Positions 1 through 13,415 of a DNA stretch of 64,000 nucleotides are shown piece after piece (position 1 is the first letter of the stretch; each line of letters starts with the position of its first letter). The notes under the pieces are model-generated. The model ran no database searches and was not told the origin of the DNA. It saw only the letters and a list, made by a program, of their open reading frames with translations. The translations under genes were made by a program, and so were the position numbers. This DNA comes from Malacoraja senta (lineage: Eukaryota), in the NCBI GenBank assembly GCA_038087875.1, contig CM075988.1:18974001-19038000 (forward strand), in the 5' to 3' direction.

Positions 1-1644
1 GGAAACCCACGCGGTCACGGTTAGACCGTACAAACTATTTAGAGATAGCACCCTTAGTCAGGACCTGGTGCGGCGGTAAGGCAGCAACTCTACCACTGCA
101 CCGCTGCACCGTAATGATTTGCAGTGGAGCCACATTTCAGATGCAGGAGGCAACAGGGAGCCTGGATTTCCCCTGCTTGTTCAATACAACCAGCTGAGGG
201 AACATTTTTTGAAGCAGCCCTACAAAGAAGTTAACAAATAGTTCAACAAATGTGAAAGCTGGTATCCTAGACAACGGGGCCCACCCGTGCTGAAATGTCG
301 ACTGCATTATTCTGCTCAACTTCATTGTTTAATCCACAGTTCCGGCTCAGAGATGATGGTGTTACCGTTTGAGTCAAAACAGATTGGAAAGCATCAAAAT
401 TAAACAGCCAGTGGAGACCAGCTCTGCTTCTGTCAACCACGAAGTTAAAACACTGGAAATAGACTGTTTCTATGGCTGGAGGGAATCATTCGAACTTCAC
501 CACTCATTGAATTCGGGATACGCCAGCAGATATTTGAGCCATATTGACAGACAACAATTAGACAAATACAAATTTTCACTTTCCATTCTCATTGAAAGTT
601 CAATGGATCAGGGTGATAAATAATGGCAAGGACAATTCTTTGTGGGGTATCTTCCTGCCTAGGAGGTATCTTAATCGTTAACAGGCTTTTTTAGCTGCAT
701 TTCCAACAGAATACTAAACCATGTGCCTGAAGACAAGCTCGGAGCATCTTCTCTGCAACATGTCATCTCTACTTTCAGGGAAATAGCCTAATTATAGCCA
801 ATTAAAGTCAAATCTTTCGCAACCAAAGTTACCTCCCATTACAGCCCTTCAATCAATGTGTTTAAAAAAAAAAACTTAAGCCAAACCCACAGCGACTCTC
901 AGGGGATTTAATGCGCCTCTCAGGGATTTGTCACCAATGATGTACAAAGGGAAACTCATCTTGATGGGATATTATTTTAGCAACTTTCATTTCCATCGGA
1001 AAAGTCTGCAACAGATAAATGAAGTAAAAATCATTACAATAATTACCAAACTGCCTGGGAGTCAGCATAAATTTAACGATCCATCCCAGTAATATTTATC
1101 TGAATTAATGTGTAATTTTAAGACATTTTATGACTGCTTGAAATCCCCTCTGACACATTCGCTCAGTTGCAAAACTTGTTCTTATTCCACCTGACTTTAA
1201 ACCTTATTCCTTAATTGAATGGGATACTTAGCAAACTTTTAAGAACCACCGCAATCATCTTCTGTTGATGGACCAGAAAGCTCATTTAGGCAGGAGGTTG
1301 ATGAAGTAGTTCAGGTTCCACAGGGAGCATCTCTGTAGCTAAGTGGAAAATTTACAATTACCATAACGATTAACAAACTGCTTTCGGTAGAGGTCTACTT
1401 GTCAGTGGTCCCTGACTCTGATCGACATTTCAGCAGCAGGTTCTGGCGGAGAAACTGCTGGTCAGATTTTACCAAGATTTTAATAATTCATATCATCGAG
1501 TCCGTGTTTGGTACAGCACAGAAACAGGCTCAAAAAGCTGAGGATCTCAGCGGGTCAGGCAGCATCTCTGGAGAAAATGATAGATGATGTTTTGGCTCCC
1601 GGTTTTCCTGAACTGAACTTAGAATGGCAACTTAACCTGCCTGC

Positions 1645-1848
1645 TCACTTTGGGCGACTACTCCCGACCATACAGGCGGCATGGTCGCGGGGGTGATGCC
1701 TGTTTGGTCGTGAGTGGTCGCCCAAAGAGTCATACCTTTTTCTGGTCCCCGCTGGATTGTCAATATGTTGAAAATTTCGGCGACCTGCTGTGACTATGAC
1801 GGGTGCCGGCAAGTTGCCGAAAAAAACCGCGTAAGTAGGACAGGCCCT
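1645..1848. mobile_element. Partial copy of the same palindromic MITE
   Basis: Matches centre and right arm of 34507-34838, ending GTAAGTAGGACAGGCCCT. Confidence 0.85.
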
Positions 1849-3259
1849 TTAGGCTAAGACCTCTAGTCTAGACTCTCCCACTAGTGGAAACATCTCTCCA
1901 CATCCACTCTATCACAAGCCTTTCACTATTCTGTATGTTTCAATGAGGTCCACCCTCATTCTTCCCTTATGGAGAGAAGGAATGGGTGACGTTTCGGGTC
2001 AAGACCCTTCTTCGGACACTCAGTGCATCAACTCAAAGTCTCCACTAAAATTGGGGAAAACCTCAGCGTTCATAAGCTTCTACATTTAAAAATTATTCTT
2101 TTGAACAAACAGTTTCACCTCATTAAGCCACAACTTGTGCTCTTTGAATAGCGTGAATCTATTACTTTAAGAGTTGTTTTCCATTTCACCCCCCCATGTT
2201 GTGCTCTGCACCATCATCACCATGAGATTACAAAACGCGCTGCACTTTTAACTCCTAATCAGTATTTTCTTAAGAGCTAGTTCAAAAAGTAAGACAAAAC
2301 TTTCTCTGCATTAATCACGGTAGCGCAGCAGGCTGTGAAAACATTTCAGATGCATTTGGAATATTTTATTGTCTTCGCCACAGAACCTCCAGCTGACTTT
2401 GATGTGAAGAGATTAAAGTACACTCACTGATTGTCACATGCAGAAATTAATAGACATTGACTGCAGTATCGGTTAAAAAGCTGGCCTAGCTGTGGCATGA
2501 CATTCTACAGCACTGCGTAAGCTGCAAAAATATGACTATGTTTGAGTATCACAGAGAGATCTAGGAATGTTTTGCAGAATATACATGATCACTGATCTCA
2601 TTTGGAAAGCTACTTAAAACAAGTACGGTGTCATAGAGTCTGGAAACAGACTCCTTCAGCCCAACTTGCCCACGCCGATCAACATGCCGCATCTACATTA
2701 GTCCCACCAGCTGGCTTTTAGCCCACATCCCTTCAAACCCAAAATGTATAAAAGTTTGAAAACACACACCACTAGATTCAGGGACAGTTTCTTCCTAGCT
2801 ACTATCAGGCAACTAAACCATCCTATTACAACTCGAGAATGGTCCTGAAATACTATCTACCACTTTGGAGACCCTCAGACTACCTTTGATTGGATTTTAA
2901 TCTTACACTAAATGTTATACACGTTATTCTCTTTATCATGTATCTGTGCACTGTGGATGGCTTGATAATAATCATCTATTGTCTTTCTGCTGACTGGTTA
3001 GCATGCAGTTAAAGCTTTTCACTGTACCTCGGTACACGTGACAATAAACTAACTTCAAACCCATCCCATCATGTACCTGTCTAAATGTTTCTTAAATGTT
3101 GCTATAGTACCTGCCTCAACTACCTCCTCCGGCAGCTTATTTCATACACCTACCACCCTCTGTGTAAAAAAGTTATAGGTGACGTTTTGGGTCGGGACCC
3201 TTCTTCAGACTGATTGTAGTAGGGGGGAGAGAAGCTGGAAGAGAGGTGACAGGTGCACA

Positions 3260-3582
3260 GATGCACAGAATCTCTTGCCCAGAGTAGGGGAATAGAGGAC
3301 CAGAGGACATAGGTTCAAGGTGAAGGGGAAAAGACTTAATGGGAATCTGAGGGGTAACCTTTTTCACACAAAGGTTGGTGGGTGTATGGAACAAGCTGCC
3401 AGAGGAGGTAGTTGAGGCTGGGACAAACCCAATGTTTATGAAACAGTTAGACAGATACATGGATTGGACAAGTTTAGAGGGATATGGACCAAGCACAGGC
3501 AGTGGGGTTAATGTAGCTGGGACATGTTGGGCAAGTTGGGCCGAAGGGCCTGTTTCCACACAATTTCACTCCATGACTCTAG
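3260..3582 (+). mobile_element. CR1 (HER1-like) LINE 3' end
   Basis: FFTQRLVGVWNKLPEEVVEAG motif and GGGCCGAAGGGCCTGTTTCC tail. Confidence 0.85.
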
Positions 3583-5499
3583 GACCCCAGATAGCTACAG
3601 TTGAGAGGGCTTTGATTGGCAGATGGATGGACAGAGGCCAGAGAGGTCGTGGACAAAAGGCTGTGAGATATGAAGACAGCAGAAGGGGCGTAGGTGGGAG
3701 GGAGCAGGGGGGAGAGATATAGATGGGAGCAAGGGGAAGGCAAAAGGGGGGAGGGGGTGGGGGTTGCAATAGTGGGAGTTATTTTCCTTTCTGACACTAC
3801 TTGTTCTGTTGTAATGTTTGCTGTGGGAACATCTTTATATGGACTCAGTGGGTCAAGAAGGTGGCTCAAGGCATATCTCGCAATAGATGTATTTCCTTGC
3901 CAATAACCCCCACATCTCAAGGACCTGAGCATAGGGTCAGTTAGGCTAGGACTTTAATCCTTGGAGCACAGAAGACTCAGGGGCGATCATATGGAGGAGT
4001 TTAAGACCATGAGAGACTATGGATGCACAGAGTCTTTTTCTATCATCTTCACAAAGCCATCAAGAATGCCAAGAGACAATACCAAGGCAAACTTGAGTCC
4101 CAGTCTAATCATTTGGATATCTGCAGACAGTGGCAAGGTCTGAATACGATAACTGGCTGCAAAGTGACCGCTCTTAAAGACCCTTGAAACTCCGCCAGCA
4201 TGTTTGCCGCCATCATCACTCCTAGCTCTCCGGTGATTTCTACATTTCTGAAAACTGCAACTGCAAGGAATTGCAGATTATATATTGCAGTAAATATAGC
4301 CCAGTCCATCACACAAAGCTGACTTCCTACCATTGACTCCATCTAAACTTCACGCTGCCTCGGAAAAGCAGCCAACATAATCAAACTCGTCGTATCCCAG
4401 TCACTCCTCCTTCTCCCTGCTCTTGTTCGGCAAATGTACAGAAGCTTAAAAGCACGCACCGATGTACACACACTATCAGACGCAGTAAGAGCTTCTTCTC
4501 CTGTTATCAGGCTTCTGAACTCCTTCGATAAGCAAAGGTTACTGTCTGATTCACCTCAACCCCATGGTGGACATTGGACTTTGTGTTTGGAACTGATGCG
4601 CTACAATGCTGAGAACTATATCTCTGCACTCTGTATTTTGCCTTTTGCTCTGTAATACTTGAACTGTTTGTATATATATATCTGATCTGTTTTGGACAGC
4701 ATGCAACACAAAGCCTTTTACTGTACCTCTGTACACGCGACAACATTAAACCTAAACAGAAACATAAACAGATCAGACAGCATCCACGGCAAGAGAAACA
4801 GGGTTAGAGTTCCAGATTGATCACCTTTAAAACACTGAAGTAACAGCGGGGTTGTTAGCCTTTGCATTATCTCACATGCAGCACCTGTGTTTTCATGTTG
4901 GCTACATCTGTGAAGCCCAGATCCATCTTCCTGGGAAGACTAATGGTCTCTGGATACAGAGATCGAAACAGCAACAGGCCAGTAAAACTGAGCCATACCT
5001 CTTTCTCCCTGCAGCCAATTAATGAAATACTAAAGACTGAAAAATAGAGTCTTGGCAGAGATACTATCATTTGTTTCGGGAGAAAGAGAGAAATGTTGTT
5101 TTTTGTTTGGCTCAAGGCAAAGGAAAACCGCTGACCTGTACTTGGAGAGAAAGTCTCTCTCTCCTACTTAATAAATGATGAAATAACCGCTCACCTAATG
5201 TTATCTGGTCAATGGAAGTAGATATACCATTATGTCTGATTTCATACTCCCTGCATGGTTAGATTGACTCCTTGGGCTAATGACATCCATTCTTCTTCTT
5301 CTTTCGTGTGGCGTGCACAGCCTAAAGTTGCTGGACAACTTGTTCTATTTGATCTTCCGTTTGTGCACGTCGAGTTGATTGCATTAGTCGAAACAGGGCG
5401 GACCAGGTGAAGGTTGCAATCTTCCACCCCATGACATCCATTGTTTTTATAGAACACAGCAGCACAGATCCAATCCACTCAACACAGCATCACTGGAGA

Positions 5500-5782
5500 A
5501 AAGGATGTATATTTACGAAGGAGATGAGGAGGAATTTCTTTAGTGAGAGGGTGATGAATCTGTGGAATTCATTGCCACAGAAGGCTGTGGACACCAAGGC
5601 AGTGGATATTTTTACGGCAGAGATTGACAGATTCTTGATTAGTACGGGTGTCAGGGGTTATTGCGAGAAGGCAGGGGAATGGGGTTCAGAGGGAAAGATA
5701 CATCAGCCTTGATTGAATGGTGGAGTAGACTTGATAGGCCGAATGGCCCAATTCTGTTCCTAGAAATTATGAATTATGAACT
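5500..5782 (+). mobile_element. CR1 LINE 3' end
   Basis: EMRRNFFSERVMNLWNSLPQKAV motif. Confidence 0.85.
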
Positions 5783-6329
5783 CCATCAGACTGAAGAAGG
5801 GTTAGTCTTAGCCAGTCTTAGAAGGATTCCGACCCAAAACGTCACCCATCCTTTTTCTCCAGAGATGCTGCATGACCCGCTGTGTTACTAGAACACTTTG
5901 TGTCTATCTTCAGTATAAACCAGCATCTGCAGTTCCTTTCTGCACACCACTTATTTACGACCCTTTGCTCAGCCTGGTCTGAGAGTCAGGTCCATGTTTC
6001 CATCACATCTGGAAGTTATCATAACTTACATGAGTCCCCATGCTCCCAATAGTCATGGCATTTGTCAGCTCACATGCAATCCGTCTTGGAAAGGCAAACC
6101 AGACCCATGCATCTGTCAAAGGACCAAGATGAAGACAAATCCTTTTTTTCTTTTTGCAGCATCATCCCTCTTGAAATCCTCAGATCTAGACTTTAGCAGA
6201 TTTTTGTTTATTTTTCTTCCTGTTCATCTGCGGTTTCAGGCTAGGATAAGCCCTAAAGGAGAGATGTTACTGCAGTTTCCAGAATAAGAAATAGGGCAGA
6301 CATTTGAGAACGGGATAAGAGTCTAACAT

Positions 6330-7140
6330 CAGGCAACATGGAGAGCAGTTTGAGAAGAGGGGTGGTGAATGCAGAACTGAAGGTAGTTACAGGTATATTT
6401 GAGTGCGTGCAGTGTACGAAACAAGGTGGATCAGCTTAGAGTGCAGATATAAGTCGGCAGATACCATGTTGTGGGCATCACACAGTCGTGGCTGAAAGAG
6501 GATCAGAAATGGAGCTGAACATACAAGGACACATATCCTTTCACAAAGGCTGGCAGGTGAGCAGAGGGGTGGGGTGGCCCTGCTGGTAAGAAATTAAATC
6601 CAATCTTCAGCAAGAAACGACGATGGATCAGATGATGTAAAATCCTTGTGGGTAGAGTTAAGAAACTGCCTTGGTAAAAAGATCCTGACGGGAGTTATAG
6701 ACAGTCTATGGAGCCCACACTTCCTGAGGTCATCTGTTACCGGCCCTGTTTTGTGCTGGCCTTCTCTATCCTTCAGTCTGAAGAAGGGTTCCAACCCAAA
6801 GTGTCACCCATTCCTTTCCTCCAGAGATGCTGCCTGACCCGTTGAGTTACTCCAACACTTTGTGTCAATTTCCATATAAACCAGCATCCGCAGTTCCTTC
6901 CTACACCCAGATGGGAGTTATATATAGGTCTCGGAATAGTAACCAGGATGTAGGACATAGAAAAGGCATGTAAGAAAGGCAGTGTTGCAATGGTCAAGGG
7001 GATATCAATGTGCAGATAGACTGGGAATATCAGATTGGTACTGGATCCCAAAAAGAAGGAATTTGTGGAATGGCTCTGAGTTGGGTTTTTAGAGCAACTT
7101 GTGGTTGAGCCCATTAGGGAAAAGGCAGTTCTGGATTTGT
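6330..7140 (+). mobile_element. Degraded CR1 LINE ORF2 N-terminus (AP endonuclease), interrupted by a Penelope-derived insertion at ~6700-6910
   Basis: Relic translation VVGITQSWLK...GVALLVRN...SLWVELRNCLGKKILTGVI. GGGAGTTATA duplicated around the insertion. Confidence 0.75.
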
Positions 7141-7917
7141 AACCTCCTGGTGAGAGGATGGTTCAGTTGCCTGATAAGAGCTGGGAAGAAACTGTCCCTG
7201 AACCTGGAGGTTTGCGTTTTCAGATTTCTGCACCTCTTGCCTGATGGGAGTGCGGAGAAGAGGGAATGACCGGGTTGAGACTGGTCTTCTCTCTTTTAGA
7301 AATGCTCATCCTTTATGCTGTTGTTTTTTGTGTGTGTGCAGTTCAAAAGTTACGTCTCAATCCGTCTGCAGATTGTATATCCGTCACTTCGCAAGATAGC
7401 AGCATGAAGACAGTGCTTCTCCAAGCAGATTCTGTGACATGTTTTAAGATGAATGAGTTTCATTTGGAATATTTAATGAAACATTTGTTTCCAGATTGGA
7501 ATATAACAATTTAGAAGCTGTGCTATTAGACCGTAGATCTTCTGCATCATACACTGTTGAACCAGTCACTTTGTTCCTTGTCATATGACCAAAAGCATGT
7601 ACGATCCATCCCTGACTGTAGCTAGCAACATCCCTCATGGATCCATTGGGCAAATAATGTTAATGATTAACAACACAATGAGTGCTGACATTTCTCCTCA
7701 CTCCCATTCTGAATGTTCAACCCTCTTATCTCAAGGCAACATCACTTGGTTTGAACTCTCCAGCCTGAGAAACACCACTAAAAGATCCCTCTCACGGTCA
7801 CCGCTCAATCTTCTGAGCTTTGGTGAGTTTACAACAATCTTACTCTCTTCAATCTCCCATAAGACAGAGGAGTAGAATTAAGAATTAAGTCGTGCAGCCC
7901 ATCAAAATCTGCTCTTC

Positions 7918-8799
7918 GTACGACATACGTACGACATACGCTTATCCAATTTAAAACATTACATAGATTATATTATTCAAAAACCAAACTAAATAAAATC
8001 TTTCCTAACGTCTCACCAATCTGTGATAAATGTATATGTCAAGAAGCTACCATAGCACATTCTTTTGTTTTTTGTACAAAAATCCAAAAATTCTGGTTTG
8101 AAATATTTGATATTTTTTCAAAATTAATCAAAATAAAACTGGTACCAAAACCAGAATGGATTATTTTTGGAATATCGGAAGGTATTCCTGAATTAAACGT
8201 GTATCAGAAGAATTTACTCAATTATGGGCTAATAATGGGAAAAAAGCTTATACTTAAATTCTGGAAAAATGCGCCCACACCAACAATAAAAATGTGGACA
8301 TCAAATATGTTGGAAACATTACATCTGGAAGAGATGAGATTCCTCCTAGTAGGCAAAGTAGACCAATTTCAAAAGACGTGGTCTACGTTTTTGGACCTAT
8401 TACAAGCATGAGGTGCAATAGTAATTTAGAAAAACAAATAAATAAATAAAAGGTATCTGGACCTGGTAATGGGAGGTAAAATAAAAACAGACTTGGTTGG
8501 TAGTTCCTTCTCTATGAAGTATGGTATAAGAGTTATAATAGAGCGATTGTTCCTTCTTTCTTTCTCTTTCTTTTCTAGGGTCTATTTTCTAACTTTACTT
8601 CCTTCTCTAACTTCTTTTCTAAGGGGCTTTCTTTTCCCAACACTCTTTTGCACTTCACAACCTTTGCGCACTTTCTTCACTTTTCTTACTTCTTTCTTTT
8701 TCTTTCTTAAAGTTTAAAAAAGTGAAGCGGTACAAAAAATGTATTAATATATACGTGTTGTACATTACTGTAATCTACCGTACTTCTATTAAAAAAATT

Positions 8800-8837
<38 letters not shown>
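7918..8837 (+). mobile_element. 5'-truncated L1-clade LINE with ORF2 C-terminus, 3' UTR and poly(A)
   Basis: Open frame 7941-8411 LIQFKTLHRLYYSK...CDKC...H...C...W (Cys-rich L1 C-terminal domain). A-run 8804-8837. 14-bp TSD AAAATCTGCTCTTC (7904-7917 / 8834-8847). Confidence 0.92.
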
Positions 8838-8841
<4 letters not shown>

Positions 8842-9339
8842 CTCTTCAATCTCCCATAAAACAGAGGAGTAGAATTAGTCGTTCAGCCCATCAAAATCTG
8901 CTCCACGATTTGATCGTGCCTTCTCCCTGTAAACTTTGACGCTCTTCCTAATCAAAAACCTAGCAATTTCCGCTTTAAAAATACCCAATGTCTTGGCCTC
9001 CAGACTCCTCCCACATACCAAAGACACAGGTTTGTAGGTTAATTGGCTTCAGTAGGTTGTAAATTGTTCATTGTATGTAGGATGTTGCTCGTAAACGGGG
9101 TGGTTGCTGCTCGATGTGGACTCGGTGGGCCGAAGGGCCTGTTTCCGTGTGGTATCTCTAAAGTCTAAAGTCGCAGCCGCCTGTGGCAATAAATGCATTA
9201 TGCATTCTGGTGTATCTGTACCATAAATATATAGACAAGACTAAAACTGTATGTGCTGCTTCAAATAATGTTTCAGCAGACACCTGGATATTTGTAGTAC
9301 GGCTAAAACCTGAATTAATAGCACAGTAAGTAACTTTAG

Positions 9340-9655
9340 TTTAGTTTAGTTTAAGTTCAAAGAAACAGCAAGGAAACAGACCCTTCGGTCCACTGAATCC
9401 ATGCTGGCCATTCGCACTGGTTTTAATGTTTTCCCACTTTTGTATCTGCTCCTTACACACCACGGACAATTTACAGAAACCAATTAACCTACAAATCCCC
9501 ATGTCTTTGGAGTGTGGGAGGAAACCAGAGCACCCGGAGGAAACCCACACTGTGACAGGGAGTACGTGCAAACTCCCCACAGGCAGCAATCATGGTCAGG
9601 ATTGAACCCAGGCCTCTGATGCTGTGAGGCAGCAACTCTACCACTGTGCCGCCCT
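9340..9655 (-). mobile_element. tRNA-derived V-SINE (HE1-like)
   Basis: tRNA-like head with A/B boxes, V-domain GTTTCCTCCCACACTCCAAAGAC, CR1-derived tail and (AAACT)n. Confidence 0.9.
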
Positions 9656-9756
9656 TGGATTACATAATTTAATGCGATCCAAAATTTGATCTTCTCCCTC
9701 AAAAGTGTCGCGACTGCCCCGAAGTTCAATGGTTCAATGATTCAATGGTTCTTTAT

Positions 9757-10230
9757 GTATAAGAAAGAATTTTGAGGTGCTGTTCCTCCAATTTGCGTCC
9801 TCTATTGCATCCGCTGCTCTAGGTGTCAGCTGCTCTACATCGGTGAGACCAAGCGCCGGCTTGGCGATCGCTTTGCCCAACACCTCCGCTCAGTTCGCAA
9901 TAACCAACCTGATCTCCCGGTGGTTCAGCACTTCAACTCCCCCTCACATTCCGAATCTGACCTTTCTGTCCTGGGCCTCCTCCATGGCCAGAGTGAGTAA
10001 CAGCACAAATTGGAGGAACAGCACCTCTCCAATTTCAGGTAGTCCTTGCTTTCTCCCCCCTTCCCCTCCCCTTCACCGCTCTCCCACAGTCTACTGTCTC
10101 CACCTCTTCCTTTCTTCCCCCCCCCCCCGACATCAGTCTGAAGAAGGGTCTCGACCCGAAACGTCGCCTATTCCTGCGCTCCATAGATGCTGCCTCACCC
10201 GCTGAGTTTCTCCAGCTTTTTGTCTACCAG
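9757..10230 (+). mobile_element. Penelope-like element 3' fragment (GIY-YIG endonuclease relic and hammerhead-bearing terminal repeat)
   Basis: From 9803: YCIRCSRCQLLYIGETKRRLGDRFAQHLRSVRNNQPDLPVVQHFNSPSH. Short inverted piece at ~9773-9797. TSD TGGTTCTTTAT (9746-9756 / 10231-10241). Confidence 0.9.
10138..10165 (+). ncRNA. Minimal type-I hammerhead ribozyme core in Penelope terminal repeat
   Basis: CTGAAGA-A-GGGTC-TC-GACCC-GAAACGTC: CUGANGA box, helix II, GAAA box, palindromic ACGU, GUC cleavage triplet. Confidence 0.7.
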
Positions 10231-11576
10231 TGGTTCTTTATTGTCTATCACTTATGCACAGCAAAGTGAAATTCTTTAGCACAACCACAAATGCGCAGTC
10301 ATTGCAATTTTGGCACCGTTAAAAAAAAAGAAAATAAAGAAAAACAGGAAACACAGTGCAAATATTGTGAGAATTGGACTGTCAGATGCTTGCAATGGGG
10401 GACCCTGTGCAGTAGCTGAGACAATACATCTTTGTGAAAAGGTAATGAGAACATTATCCGCTATCCAATTAGGCCTTTCTCCGCCCGAAAAAGTTCAAAA
10501 GTGAAATCGTGAATTGCAAAATGCAAATTCTGCTTCTCTCCCATGTAACAATATCCCCGACTAAAATAAAGGAATGCAAATTCAAACGTTCAATTCTCAA
10601 TATGTAAGACAACTGGGTTTAATGTAAATGAATGACTGAAAGCGAATGATGATTAAATTGTGTAGTGATTGGATCAAGTACAGATTATTTGTAATTGTCC
10701 CAGTGAATGAAGTGACTCTATTCACTGACGGGATAGACGATCATCTATCTTACTTACGCCTGACTGGAGGATTTGGGACGGATATCTCATGTGCTCGACC
10801 CATTGGCAACCTGCTAAAACCTGCCACACTACACAACATCGAACATTTAATAGACGCCAAGTGCGGGAGTAACTCAGCGGGTCAACATCCCTGGAGAAAA
10901 GGAATAGATGACCCGTTTCGGGTCGAGACCCTTCTTCTGAAGATGAGTCTATCTTCCGTGTAAACTAGCAACTGCAGTTCCTTCCTGCACATTAAACATT
11001 TCATTCCAACTGCTAATTTTATATAACTTTCTATAATGCTGAATATCTGAGAAACATCAATTGGTGTTGCATCCAGAGCTATCTCTTTTGAAAATGAGCC
11101 TGCCAATCTCTAGAGACTGTGCTCAGGAGCTATCTATAGAGTGTAGTTTTCTGCTCACTAATGGTCTGCCCGCGTGAGAAGCGGTTCATGCATCATTTGA
11201 TAACTCAATTACATCTTGCATTCGAAAGCTAACGTACCGCTCAAGTTATCAAAACCCCTATTTTGCCAATGAACGTAACCCATTCTTTCCAATAGAGCAG
11301 AGTTTGTATGTTCTCCCCATAACCTGCATGGGTTTTCTCTGGGAGATCCAGTTTCCTCCCACAATTCAAAGACGTACATGTTTGTATGTTAATTGGCTTG
11401 GTAAAATTGTAAATTGTCCCAAGTGTGTGTAGGATAGTGTTTGTGTGTGGGGATCATTGGTCGGCATGGACTCGGTGGGTCGAAGGGCCTGCTTTCACGC
11501 TGTATCTCTAAACTAAACCAAACCAAACTAAACTAAACTAAACCAAACTAAAGCAGACGTTGCTGGAGAGGGTGGT

Positions 11577-11683
11577 AAAGATGGAGACACAAAACAGTAA
11601 AGTTGTTGGAATCTTGAGCAATGCAAAACTGAAAGATGGAGACACAAAACAGTAAAGTTGTTGGAATCTTGAGCAATGCAAAA
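11577..11683. repeat. 52-bp perfect tandem duplication
   Basis: AAAGATGGAGACACAAAACAGTAAAGTTGTTGGAATCTTGAGCAATGCAAAA twice, separated by CTG. Confidence 0.9.
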
Positions 11684-11999
11684 AGTGCTGGAGGAACTCA
11701 GTGGGTCAGGCAGCATCCGCGGAGGGAAGTGGGCGGACGACATTATGGGTCTGTCCCGATCTGAAACAACATGTGTCCATTCCCTCCACAGAATTAGCAG
11801 GTATTCGGTTGACTGTGGGTTTTTATTTGTTTATAGGGTGTCGCTATCTTCGCCAGACCAGCATTTAAGGCCCATCCAGTATTGGCTTGCAAGCCCAATC
11901 CAGGCACCTTCCAAGGGTCAAAAACTTTAAGCGAGTCATAGAAATGTACAACATGAAAACAGGCCCTTCAGCCCACCTTGTCCATGCCAACCAAGTCGG

Positions 12000-12305
12000 C
12001 ATTGAATCACTTCCCTCTGGAAGGCGACTCCGGACTGTCAAAGCTGCCACAGCCAGACATAAAAACAGCTTTTTTCCACGAGTAGTGGCTCTATTCAATA
12101 ACCAAAAATCTGTAGCCTCCTTTTGCTCTGGTATTATAATTAATTCACATGTTTAATCAAAAAATGTTTTATTATTTATGTTTAATGTTTTATGTGTCAT
12201 TCCTTACTGTCACTGTATGTCATGTTGTCACTTGCGGGTGGAGCACCAAGGCAAATTCCTTGCGTGTGAATACTTGGCCAATAAACTTTTTCATTCATTC
12301 ATTCT
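12000..12305 (+). mobile_element. Rex1-type LINE 3' end, second subfamily
   Basis: SLPSGRRLRTVKAATARHKNSFFPRVVALFN, ends GGCCAATAAA + (TTCA)n. Sister copies 31645-32035(-), 47810-48190(+), 63690-64000(-). Confidence 0.85.
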
Positions 12306-13107
12306 GCGTTGGTCTCAGTTGCCTACAGTTGGCCTGTAGTCCTCTAAACCCTTCCTTTCTACGTATCTGTCCATATATCTTCTGGAAGTCTAAAATGTTC
12401 CTGGGCCTGGGTTGAGTCCCACAACAGATCAGGCAACAATGATGGATTTTCTTTTCTGAATGGTATCAGTAAACTTCATGTAACAATCTAGAGGTTTCAT
12501 GATCAACTTGATTACATTTTATTCCAGGTTTGTGGAATTGAAAGTCCACAATTCCCGTGGCAGGGTTTGAGCCATCTCCGTATCCAGACCATCCAACAAC
12601 CTAACAGCTGCAGTCCCGTAACCCACAATTCATGACAGCATGGAAGAACATAGAACACAGAACAGTGAGCACAGCAAAAAACCTTTCAGCCCAAAACATC
12701 TATGCCGAACATAATGCCAAGACCAACTCTTATCTGCCTGCACATGATCCATGTCCCTCCATTCCCTGCTCATCCATACGACTATTCAAAAACCTTTTAA
12801 ACATCACTATCGTATCTGCCTCCACCAGCAACCCTGGCAGCACATTCCAGGCCCCCATCACCCAGTGTGTGAAAAAAACATGCCCTGCACATCTCCTTTA
12901 CATATTGCCCCCCCCCCCCCCCCTCCCCACCCCTCACCTTAAAGCTATGACCTCTAGTATATGATTTTCCATCCTGGGAAAAAGGTCCTGACTGTCTAGC
13001 CTATCGACAGTACACCTCTAGATAGGACACACCAGAGAAATACATAGCAGAGAACTATTGCCTCTTGCTTCCCAGCTGTACAACTGCAGAAACATGGTCA
13101 CTCTACA

Positions 13108-13415
13108 AGGCGGCGCAGTGGTAGCATTGCTTCTTTACACCGCCAGAGACCTGGGTTCGATCCTGACCATGGGTGCTGTCTGTAAGGAGATTGATTGTTC
13201 TCCCTGTGACCTGCGTGGGTTTTCCCCCGGGAGCTCCAGTTTCCTCCCACGCTCCAAAGATGTACAGGTTTGTAGGTTACTTGGCTTCGGTAAACATTGT
13301 AAATTGTCCCCAGTGTGTGGGATGGTGCTAGTGTACGGGGGTTATCGCCAGACAGTGCAGACTCAGTGGGCCAAATGTCCGGTTTCCACGCTAAATCTCA
13401 AAAGTCTAAAGTCTA
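13108..13415 (+). mobile_element. V-SINE (HE1-like)
   Basis: Full-length copy with the same three-part structure. Confidence 0.9.

Noticed and set aside
137..623. Short ORFs at the window start
   Set aside because: No recognisable product, and stops occur in all plausible spliced frames examined.
13108..13175. tRNA gene-like sequences
   Set aside because: These are SINE heads followed by the V domain. No complete cloverleaf or terminator.
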